This document shows positions 12,668 to 23,960 of a stretch of 64,000 nucleotides of DNA, in pieces. The position numbers were made by a program, and so were the translations under genes. The stretch lies in contig OX597814.1 of the NCBI GenBank assembly GCA_951406725.2, forward strand, positions 156,612,001 to 156,676,000, read 5' to 3'. How positions within the stretch are numbered: position 1 is the first letter of the stretch; each line of letters opens with the position of its first letter. This DNA comes from Octopus vulgaris (taxonomy: Eukaryota). Below the pieces are notes generated by a model, which saw only the letters and a list, made by a program, of their open reading frames with translations, did no database searches and was not told the DNA's origin.

Positions 12668-12877
12668 TCATCATTATTATTATTATTATTTTTATTTTTA
12701 TGATTATTATCATTATTTTAATGATTATTATTATTATTATCATTATTTTTATTTTTGTGATTATTATTATTATTATTTTTTTTATGATTATTATTATTAT
12801 TTTTATTTTTATGATTATTATTATTATTATAATTTTTATGATTATTATCATTATTTTTATGATTATTATTATTATCA
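12668..12877. repeat. Compound (ATT)n/(TTT)/(ATG) microsatellite between two family A-related SINEs
   Basis: Direct reading; explains the poly-I/Y/N ORFs. Confidence 0.95.
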
Positions 12878-13999
12878 TGGCCAGCTGGTGGAATTGTTAG
12901 CACATTAGACAAAATGCTTAGCTACATTTATTCTGGCTCTTTACATTTTGATTTCAAATTCTACCGAGATTGACTTTGCCATTCATCCTTTTGAGGGTCA
13001 ATAAAATAATTACCAATTAAGCACAGGTGTCAATGTAAATGACTAAACTCCTCTCCTAAAATTTCAGGCCTTATATCTATAGAAGAAATTATAAATACTA
13101 ACTCCTTTAGTGCCTAAGCATGTTTCTTCTCTTTCTAAGCCTGATTTTAATTTAATCATTACCAAGTAAAAATTTCTCTTGAATAGTTGCCAAAAACGAT
13201 TTTAGTTACTTGAGGTCAGTCTGCCTTGATACTTGAAAGTAAACAAAAAAAAGTATTTGTTTACATAAAAATTTATATATTTACTTATACACTTTCACCA
13301 TATTTCATGTTCAACATGTCTACTAAACACACCCAAGGTACAAAGTAAAATATTACAACAAACAAGACTCAAATGACAGCACAAAAATAAACTGTACCAT
13401 AGAATAAGTAAAAAGAAGGAATTAATGAACAATAGAACAAAAAAAATATTCTGAGCAGTCTCACAAATAATTTTAAAGTCAACAATAACAGCAACAACAA
13501 TATGTTTACAGAAGGAAATGTGTTAAATTATTGTTATAGTAGTCATATGAAATAGGTTAGTTTTGCAAAGAAAATAATACGTAAGAGTTTTAAAAAGGAT
13601 GGCAGAGGTATCAAATTACCAGAAAAGAAAACAGTTAGAACAGGCACTAAATGAAATTTGGGGAGAAATTTTCTAAAATGCAGCAACAGAAGCAAAGCAT
13701 CACTGAAGAAGGTTTCTTCAGTTTATTTGTGGCCCATATTCCTTACAAGAACAGCTGTTAATTTCTTCCAGAATTTATTTGGTTATTATTTGGTTAGTTT
13801 TTATTTTTTGTTTTTCTTTCTTTTTTTTGTTTGGCCAGTTTTTAGAAATATTCTGCTGGAATATGACATATTTTAAGAAGTATCAGCTGTCTTAAGCAAT
13901 CAATTTCATGATGAGACAAGTATAATTTTGCATTGTTATTACCAGTTCCAATATGCCACGACAAAACACAGTGAATGGCTTGTTTATGAGTTCAAACAT

Positions 14000-14192
14000 C
14001 GTGCCGGTGGCATGTAAAAGCACCCACTACACTCTCGGAGTAGTTGGCATTAGGAAGGGCATCCAGCTGTAGAAACTTTGCCAGATCAGATTGGAGCCCG
14101 GTGCAGCCATCTGGTTCGCCAGTCCTCAGTCAAATCGTCCAACCCATGCCAGCATGGAAAGCAGACGTTAAACAGTGATGATGAGGATGATG
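14000..14192 (+). mobile_element. Young RTE 3' tail copy
   Basis: Close match to 60185-60365; CpGs retained. Confidence 0.8.
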
Positions 14193-16031
14193 TAATAATA
14201 TGATATTTACATACATCACTGCTTAAAACACCTACCCCATAATTTGTTTACAGCAAGCTGCCAATTAGTGTTACCAACCGATGTACAATTACTGGAATAA
14301 CATAAAAGAGATTGTCTCTCTTAGCTCACGGCACCACCATCCGGTTTCTGTGACTGGAGAGGAGATAACCATTCCAAAATGCTTGCATCTCACAGTCTGG
14401 ATAGGTGGTGCTGTGAGCTGATTTAGGTGTTCTTACACCATTTGTCAACAGCAAGAAATTTTCTCTATGACAAAACATAATGAATGGCTTGTTTACAAGT
14501 CTGAATGTGCTACTGGCATATTCAAACTAATAATAACATTGCATTTATATACATCACTCCTTAGTGCTCCCATTCTATAAAGTATAATTTCTACTTCATA
14601 CATAATCAATAATTAGTCAACAATTAAAAATTGACAAATTATCAAGTATGTATTGTGAAGATATTTTACAAATAAAATATGTGGCAGACAATGTATATTA
14701 AATGTGAAAATAAAGAAAAATCTTTTGAATTGATAAAAGAGAGATGCTGAGTGATGCTGAAGTTGAAAATGATTGCAATAATTGGTATGTGAGAAAAAAG
14801 TGAATCTATTGTTGTACTACTATTTTCTGTTACCAAGGTGAGCTAATTAGCACTGAATCAATTGATTCTGATAAGCCAAGTAAAAGGTCTCTACAAGGCT
14901 GCTCAACCTATGGTAAATAGTAGACAAATCGCTCTCAGAAAATATACATCTTTAAAAAAGTAGAAAAAAAAAAGAACAGAATTACAAATTGTATAATATA
15001 TTCATCGATAAATAAGAATGGAAGGTCATGGGTCAAAGTAAGTTTGCTCACAGATAACCTCAATCAGACATGAACTGTTATTAAACAGAAGCAAAAATCA
15101 ATGCTAGAGGTGGTTGCAAAAGAATGATAACAATAATTGTTGCTCTTGTTCTTTAACACCAACATCGTGTCTCCTGATCAAGTAGACACATGGCCCATAA
15201 ACAGTTTGGTTCACTGGCTAGGTGTAATCCACAAATCCATTCCTTCATGATATTACATATAATAATACTGTGCACTTATACATACAGTCTACAGTGATAG
15301 TATGTCACTGCTGTTTTTGTTGTTTAGCCCCTGGATAGCTCTGATCAAGCAAACCTATGATCAATGGCATTTCAGCTGTGACTATCCAACCTTTTTTTGT
15401 TCTTAAGCATACTTGATGTAAGACTACATTATCCATTGTGCAGAAGAAAAGCCAATAGGAAGGTGTTGATTAGAGTAGATCCCAACTTGCCAGGAAGTTC
15501 AACTGGTACTTATTGTTGTGGAGGGATGGCAATGGAAAAGAGTAGCAGAGGATACTGAGTTATGAGGAATAATGGAGGAGACATGGAGGGGACAGAGGAA
15601 GGGGGAAAAAATCTCAAAGATTAGTGTAAAAGAGAAGTAGCAGGTTAAGTGTAAAGGATAATGGGGTGGGTTAAAACTACTTAAGTAGTAATCCTTTGTT
15701 TTGTATTTCTGGTCATTCAAACTATTCCCAGTGTACTGTTTCCTAATTATATTTCGATGTGTTTGTGAATATTTTTTCTTTATATATATAGTAAATCAGT
15801 ACTTATGCCTTCGTCCTTAGATGATGTTTCAGTGTTTATGCCTGCAAGATGGTTTCAGAGCTTAGCACCTCATTCTTTTGATGAGGCCATAAAAACTGAA
15901 ACAATCTTTCAAATAATAGGATATAAATAAATAAGCATAACATATTCTATCTTTCACTGCACTGGATCTCTTATTTAGATCTTTCATTCAATTTTCTTTA
16001 TTAACACATCTAAATATATATATATATAATA

Positions 16032-16407
16032 GGCGCAGGAGTGGCTGTGTGGTAAGTAGCTTGCTAACCAACCACATGGTTCCGGGTTCAGTCCCACTGT
16101 GTGGCATCTTGGGCAAGTGTCTTCTGCTATAGCCCCAGGCCGACCAATGCCTTGTGAGTGGATTTGGTAGACGGAAACTGAAAGAATCCTGTCGTATATA
16201 TGTATATATATATATATATATGTTTGTCCCCCTAGCATCGCTTGACAACCGATGCTGGTGTGTATACGTCCCCGTCACTTAGCGGTTCAGCAAAAGAGAC
16301 CGATAGAATAAGTACTGGGCTTACAAAGAATAAGTCCCGGGGTCGATTTGCTCGACTAAAGGCGGTGCTCCACAGAAATACAAATGACTGAAACAAGTAA
16401 AAGAGTA
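16032..16407 (+). mobile_element. SINE family B
   Basis: ggcgcaggagtggctgtgtggtaag head, gggttcagtccc B box and family tail. Confidence 0.9.
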
Positions 16408-18368
16408 CATAATAGGTAGTGGGTAGCGATTTTCTTCACTACTTCAGGGAGTGACGACCCTGCCTGACACGAGTCCTGGGCTCAGCTGGCTCCAGCTGAC
16501 AGTATGTGATATGGGCCCCTATCCAGGGCTACGGAAAGGAGATAACCTTCAAAGAAATCCGGAGTGGAGCCCCGTATGCTGTTTAGTGTTCGACCCGACA
16601 CTCTTCTGGCAGCTCCTGCAATCAAGCTGGTGCCAAATGTAATGCTCTGCACTCCTTTGGACTAAGTCAGCAAGGTCGAGAGAGAAATCCAGACAATTGG
16701 GCTACCCAGGATTTTCTTACATCTAGCCCAGGCCTGCGCAAGAATGGAGAGGAAACTGGAGAGGACATGAAATGTAAAAACTGAACTGGATTAGTTTATG
16801 CACAACTCCATTGTCTTATGAGACAAAAGGATGCCAACAATATGTATGTATTTGAATTACATATATTTATGCATCTACGTGTGTGTGGTGTGTATTTGTG
16901 CACACAGACATATAAACACCAACACTTATAAAACTTCTAGCGGTAGTTAATATCACATTTCCGAAGTGACCTAATTAGCATTAAAGGAGGGTGTTTCAAA
17001 AAGATTTGCCAGTGTAAGGAAGAGGCAAAAATATTTAGAAACAATTACTTCTGATGGTCACAAAGGAATTCTTTCTCTAAGTGTGAATGATATTATGAAA
17101 GGCATTCTGCCATAGAATCCTTGCCAAAGTTGACAGTAGAGCTTTGCACAACCTTCTGACTAGCCAACCCCAGTCAAACCATCCAACCAATACCAGCAGG
17201 GGTAATGGACATTAAATGATGATGGTGAAGATGACCACCATACTGCATTCTATCTGACTTACTAATGGCTACCAATGAACTGCCTAATATTTGTGTGCAG
17301 GTGTGTGTTTGTGCCTATGCTTGATGGCAGTCTGTCAAACAACTAGCTGCAATAAACAGTAACAATGTTTCAGATATATTCTCTGCCTAACTGAATTCTA
17401 TACTGCTTACTCCAACATAGAACAATTAATCCCATAGACTGGAATTACAGTCCAGAAACTGAACTTCCTATGCATTCAGGTTCTGTACACTTACTGTTGA
17501 TTTTGTTATTCCCCACAAAGCATTTGTGATCTGAGTGGTATTTGGTTGCTATTTCTAACCAGCCAAATGGTTGTGTAGAAGATCCTAGTCCAGTCAGATT
17601 TGAAGTCAGAGTGCAACGGGACAAAGGTAAACCTTGCAAAGATTTTAGTTCACAATCAGCCAGTGTCGTCAGAACCAGATTCATGCTTCATTTTATTAAC
17701 CCTGGATGGATGAAATTAAATTTAAACTAAATTCTAACATTATTGAGACTGTACCTAGACTTAATCTGCTTCACAGTTTAACACCATTACCTGGTCCTTG
17801 GGTGTCTTTAACAGTGTTCACTCTGTTTCAAATATTCAGACCAGGCTTCTAGTTTGAGGATAAGTTCCTCCCCTTTCTTTAACAGTGTTAGAGGCCTTGT
17901 AAAGAAAAAGAAAGAACCATGGGGTCAAGATTACTGCACTTCCTTCCCTCATTAAGCAATGAAATGATGATGATGATGATGATGATAACGATGACGACGA
18001 CCATCAGATCAGACATCAGAAACCGGAAATTGTTGTGGTGAACAAAAAAGAAAAAAAAATTGCATGATCATAGACATAGCATGTCCCAATGACAACAAGA
18101 TCAAAGAGAAAGAAGAAAAACTGAACAACCATGACCATTTGAAGTGGGAAATATAAAGGTTGTGGGCAATGAAGTGAATGGACATGATACCAGTAGTAAT
18201 TGATATGCTTGGAAGTATCAGTGCTCAACTACCAACACAACTCAAAAAGATTGGTATGACAGAAGAACAAGCCTTAAGGATGGACTATGTGAAATGCAGA
18301 ATTGACAAGACAACTGAGAGCAACAAACCCAGAATGTGTGGTGAGAGGGGTGAAACAGTATAGCATAT

Positions 18369-18702
18369 GCATTATGTACATTATTTACATTCGATGGATA
18401 TTTGTCCTCATCTTGTTTGTTGTTGACACAACATTTCGGCTGATATACCTTCCAGCCTTCTTCAGGTGTTTTGAGGAAATTTAAAACCTGGGTTCTCATT
18501 CCTAAGGTATTTTTCAATGTTGTTATTATTATTATTATTGTTTAGGTCACTACTTGGAATCATGGGCTTAGCAGCCTGCGCTCTTAACCACTACGCCATA
18601 TGCCCATTGTGTTAACAACAAACAAGATGAAGACAAATATCCATCGAATGTAATTAATGTAAATAATGTACATAATTCCTCATCTCTTAAATATAGAACT
18701 GT
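18369..18702. mobile_element. Second, internally deleted copy of the tRNA-head/hammerhead fold-back element
   Basis: Same left arm, terminal inverted segment and tail as 10836-11396; exact 12-bp TSD agtatagcatat (18357-18368, 18703-18714). Confidence 0.85.
18425..18470 (-). ncRNA. Minimal hammerhead-like motif, best-preserved copy
   Basis: The minus strand reads aacac CTGAAGA a GGCTG-gaaggtatat-CAGCC GAAA tgtt gtgtc, with a perfect 5-bp stem II. Confidence 0.65.
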
Positions 18703-19339
18703 AGTATAGCATATTGTTAGTGAATGCCCGAAATTGGAACAGCTTGAATAGAAAAGATGACATGACAATGTGGCAAGAATGATCCGTTGGGAAAATCAAG
18801 GCCTACAAAAAGCAGACATGATATGACCAAACCCCAGAAGGAGTTACTGAAAATGAAGATTGCAAAATACTGTGGGATGTAATGATTCGGTGTTACCATC
18901 AGATCAGACATCATAAAACTTATATTGTTGTGGTGAACAAGAAAGAAATCTTGCATGGTAACCGACAGAGCATGTCCCAATGACAACAGGATTGAAGAAA
19001 AATAAGAAAAATTGAGCATCAGTGAACAACTATGATGATTTGAAGTGAGAAATATGCAGGTTGTGAGAAATGAAGAGTAGAAATGATACCAATAGTAATT
19101 GGAATACTTGGAAGAATTAACGCTCAACTATCAGCATGGCTGAAAAATATTGGTACAAAAGTAAACATAGAACACCTACAAAAGTCATCATTGCTTAGAA
19201 CTGCAAGAGTTGTCTACAGGGTTCTTGAAGCATGATCAGTAATCAAGTGTCACCTCAGTCTGCTGGCTGTAGACAGCTGACACTTGCCATCATACCAGCA
19301 AGATAAGCTGAGAGTTTTCATCAAATAATAACTGGAAAG

Positions 19340-20216
19340 GAATTGGAATTGACATGAGGGCAGAGCAAACGGAGCCCCACACACATTTACCTTCTAGAAA
19401 TTGTTACAGGTAGCACAACCTGAGTGTGTGTCTGCACATCAAAGGTCATGACATACCTAAGTCACTGAAGAGAGGAGGCTGGTAGTAGATTCACTGCTTG
19501 ACCATTGGAATACATCCCTTCCACAAGAAAATAAATAAAAGATGCTCCAACTTAATCAAGCAGTAACTGGGGCCAGGCATTAAGGTCAGGCAATAAATGA
19601 TGACAGAGGCAATATAGGCATTTGCCACCTCTGCCTGACCTTTCACGGACAACTTCCTCTCAGCCCATTTCTGGGAAAGACTGCCTACCCTGTTTGTCAC
19701 CTTGTCCCAATTCTTACCCACCTGGTGGTTAAGACCAAACCAGACCCGAAGCAGTTTAACTGGTTTGTCAGTCCAGTGTCTGATGATATCATTCAACAGC
19801 ATCGATCTCCCTCTCTAGGTACCCAGTCACAATCCCACTGACTTGTCGGCATTGATTTTGGCCACTGCAACTGACACATATTCTTTTCCAAAGGAACTGA
19901 CCATCTCCGCTTTGAAGGCGTCCAACACCATGACAGTGATGTCATGTGTATATACTGACACTGCTCTCCCGAGTCCAAATTTGAAAAGGATGCATCTTAA
20001 CTGTTCCAACTTCTGCAGCAGTAGCTCAAGAGCCAACACATATAGAAGAGGTGACAGTGGACAGTCCTGATGGACCAAACATGTAATTTTCCAATAGGTG
20101 GCCATTTACTTTGACTACCAAGCAGATGCTGTTGCACATTGCAGCAGGTCTGAAACCATCTGCTTTAAGGACGGCTTCCAAGTAGTGATGGTCAACCCTA
20201 TCAAAAGTTTTCAACT
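19340..20216 (-). mobile_element. Tx1/L1-clade LINE RT fragment, decayed
   Basis: KTFDRVDHHYL, VHQDCPLSPLLYVLALE, VYTHDITV, KINADKS and WAERKLSVKGQAEVAN...FLWKG across frameshifts. Confidence 0.85.
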
Positions 20217-20242
20217 GATTTAAATAATAATAATAATAATAA

Positions 20243-20805
20243 TATGCCTTGATGCAATACTAGGCACTAGTTCTCAAGGCTTCTGATCTTAACTGATTGG
20301 AAATGTATCTTGTACATTCTTTGTCTTGGTGTAAAAGATGGGTTGAAGCAAATATTCTGCTCAATACCACAAATATGCTTGTCAGTTGTTTGACTTTAAC
20401 CAGTTGAGTATGTCCCTTGGTGGCTGATGATATGTGCATCTCTGACCACAAATAATAGTTGGGGAGCACTATAACCATGTGCAGAGAGAAATTCTTTGGG
20501 GTTTAAATAATTCACCCCTGGAAACATGGGTATTTCATTCATCATCTTTAAACAACCCTAATTCAGAGACCTTTTGAGCAAGATGGGCTACTTGACTTGA
20601 AGAATGCTCTAACTGGACCCCACCTGCAAGGTCATGCACTGTTTATCTTGATATGAAATCATAATAACATGCACATCTGGTTGTGATGCATGTACCTGGT
20701 ATACCTTTATTAGACAGGTAATCGTGATGGCCGTATTGGGCTTCATGTATTTGTACCCCAGAGTCAGTTTGATGGTATGTGCTGCTCTCTCTCACTCAAT
20801 AATAT
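20243..20805. repeat. Unclassified interspersed repeat (family E), longer copy
   Basis: Inverse match to 8075-8420; adjacent to (AAT)n. Confidence 0.7.
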
Positions 20806-22737
20806 CTATAACTGTGTTTTCTATTATAGGCAGAGGGTCACATTTTTTCAGAGATGGGCGAAGTCAATTTATAATTGCCTCCAGTGCATTATTTTATCAG
20901 TCTTGAAAAAATGAAAACTTTATAGTTTCTGCCATGATAAAAAAAAAAAGAAAAAAAATTAACCAACACCCTAAAACATATGCCCATTTTCTCTTTGTCT
21001 TTGCCCAGTGTGTTTATAACAATTTTGGTAATGGGGCCTGTGTCCAGTACTGGGTTTAGAATCCAAAGCAGGCACCTTATACACGCTAGTCAAAACATGA
21101 AAAATCCAAATTCCATTATGTATGTTTAAGTATGACAGTCGTTCTGTGTGGGAATTTTGTTGTTGTTTGTTTGTTGCTTGCTTTTGAATGCATTCTTTGG
21201 ATCCTGTATAGTCTGGGGCTAAACAACAAAATGAGCCAGTTTTGTATTGGCATTGACCATTTGTAATCTAAAATTTTAGAACAAAGCTGCCTACTCCAAA
21301 TGAGTGACTTCCACCACTTCCCCACCACACGTCATTGAAAAAGCTTCTATATGGTTGCTTGATCAGTCAGAAAGAGCAGGCAGATTTATTTTCAAACCTA
21401 TTCTCCATAGCAAGTGAGACTAAAGCATAGAAAATTTCATATTAAACAAACTGCTAGTAAGAGATTTGAACATGACAGCCCAATGCCATAATCACTAGTC
21501 TTGATTGCTTCTATGCAAATATATGCATGCACACACACACACACACACACATATGCACTTTTATTTACTAAAACACAGACATATATATCCCACAAATTCA
21601 GAGATTTTTGAAATCTTTAAAAACAGAAAATGAAGAGTCTAACAAAGAAACATTTCTCTTTTTTTGTCACATTTACAAATTTTTCTTCTGCATATTTCAG
21701 ACACATCCTTCCTTCAAACTATACACATATACAAACACACACACACACACACAAGATTTTTTAAAACACTCCATCCATTAAGTAACAGACAGACAAGAAA
21801 GACAGTCAGTCCATCTGATAAGGTTGGCAAACAATAATAGTAACATGCAATAAAAATAGCTTAATAATACGTTAGTTCAGGCAAATGGTAAATTGAAGAA
21901 AAGTGACTAAGTCTGATGGAAATAAAACTGCAAAATTGATTGATTGTAAAATAAGGAAAACAAATAGAAACAAAGCAACTATGAAGTCAGTAAAATTCTT
22001 AATTTGGATGTCTGGGACAAGAGAGAACGATATATTGATTTTTTTTCTTTTTCTTGCTTATTCTTTAATTTGCTTTTTTGCAAGAGTTAAATCTGGAATG
22101 GTGCCTCAAGGTGAAGAAGAGTAAATATCTTTTAGCTTTGGTTTGTTTGTTTTCCATTATTTGATTTATAATTTTTTTTATATAGTTTTTCTGGTAAAAT
22201 TAATGGTTAAAACAGAGGAATGGATTTCTTTAATATTTATTCATTTGCTCATTCAACATATATACATCTACTTTTTTCAATACTAACTATAATTGATTTT
22301 CTTTTGATTTAGGCCAGTTTCATATTTGTTGTCAATTGTTTTATGGGGTGTTTTTTTTTTCCTAACTAGAAATCTTTCTTGTTGCTAACCATTCAAGCTT
22401 CAAATAGCAACGGAATTTCATTCTCAGTCAAGCAGACTGTGGAAAGTAGAATTATAAGCCTTGCCCTGGAGTAGAATATGATGAATGTAGCAAGATCTGA
22501 TTGAGTTGTTGACTGATCTATAATGGTCCAGTAACTTAAACTGCAAAAGTAATTCATACTTATTGACATTTTTATCAAATTTTGTGAACAAAACATCATT
22601 GGTTATGTGTTTCCAATACACTAGTAACTGGTTCTCAGCATTTATGGTGGTGAAAGTGACAAGGAAGTGTCTGCGAAACTTGGACTGAAAGATGTGAAAG
22701 TTTGCCACATCCATAGTTTACTTGCTTCGCAGTATAT

Positions 22738-22936
22738 ACAAGGGTACTGATAAGTTCCTCGTTTAAGGGTATCGCAAAAGGTCTGGTTGGAGATATAACC
22801 TTATGAATTCTTTTACAGGGCTTAGAAAAACTGAAGGATCACTGCAATAAGTGTGTGAATCTGAGAATGGAATATGTTAAATAAAATCATAATTAATTGA
22901 TCCTCCTCTATTTTCTGTTACCCAAAGCCAGGAACA
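22738..22936 (+). mobile_element. Mariner-derived MITE
   Basis: Encodes the mariner C-terminal remnant GLEKLKDHCNKCVNLRMEYVK*; partial TIRs aagttcct / aggaac. Confidence 0.7.
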
Positions 22937-23699
22937 GAAAAATCTCTGGCTTGGGGTAAAATAATGACTCTCCTCATAGGTCACTATTCTCCAATCATTC
23001 AAATGATTGTCCTTCAATGAAGAGCCCTTATAATCTGAAATGGACTATGGTCATCTTGTCACACAGTTGTATGTATCCATCACCATTAGAATCCAATGAT
23101 GAAAAAGCAATGCAGCGGTAATTTTAGTGGAAAAAGTCATACCCAATAACAAATTGACAGCTGTAACATTATGGAGTCCCATTCAGTTTTAACCAAATTT
23201 ACTCACAAGACATTGATCCGTATGAGGCTGTGGTAGAAGACACTTGCCCAAGATGTTTTGCAGAGGGATCAGAGCTAAATCCATGTAGTTGCAAAACAAA
23301 TGGAACCATGTTTGCACCTATCAATTTAAATGCAAAAATTATAGCTTGGATATCATTGCCATGCTTCAAGATATACTTTTCAAATGATGTATACTTATTT
23401 TCCAAGCCATACTTTTACTCAACCACTTTTTCTCTCCTCAGCTTCAAATTCCTATTTACTTTGTTAAATTCTTCACCCTTAAAGATGGATATATTTCTAG
23501 TTGAGCCTAATATATTCAAATATATTTCATTCAAATCTCTCATCCTTTATTTCTAATTCATCCCTGCAATTCTGGGCCATAATATTCTAAGTTTGATCCT
23601 GAAAGTGACGGTTGTATATGCATAAAAATCTATTCTCCCTTCAACCCCATTCTCTTTTCTTATCTGGATCCCAGCCATAAAGGCTTCCAGTTTTAAGCT

Positions 23700-23960
23700 C
23701 ACAGTTCCTTTAAATCCATCAACTTCTTAAACACATCTAATCTCCCATCAGCTATATGGCTATCTCACCAACAGTATTAAAAACCAATCTCACAACCTGT
23801 CTCTCTAGAGTCATTATCCTTGGCTACTTCAATGTAGACAACTTTGCCTGACTCTAACACTCTCCCACTAACAACAATGTAAAGAGTGACACAGAAATAT
23901 TAGTTTCATGGACTCACCATCAATGCTGGAACTCCAGACAAACTGCCTCTTTCATATGAA
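23700..23960 (+). mobile_element. Highly decayed LINE AP-endonuclease fragment
   Basis: VIILGYFNVD resembles the ILGDFN motif; a similar EIIILGDFS occurs at ~55830-55858. Confidence 0.35.

Larger units (their letters stand above)
17995..19330 (+). mobile_element. R4/Dong-clade LINE 3' remnants (Zn knuckle and restriction-like endonuclease)
   Basis: KPEIVVVNKKEK..CMIIDIACPND, IPVVIDMLG, EQALRMDYVKCRIDK...RMCGERGETV*HIVSECPKL, ILWDV and LQKSSLLRTARVVYRVL*; ends at aataataa. Confidence 0.85.

Noticed and set aside
12565-12912. Poly-I/Y/N ORFs (also 34476-34718, 46702-47157, 53102-53450 and 59034-59306)
   Set aside because: These are translations of microsatellites.
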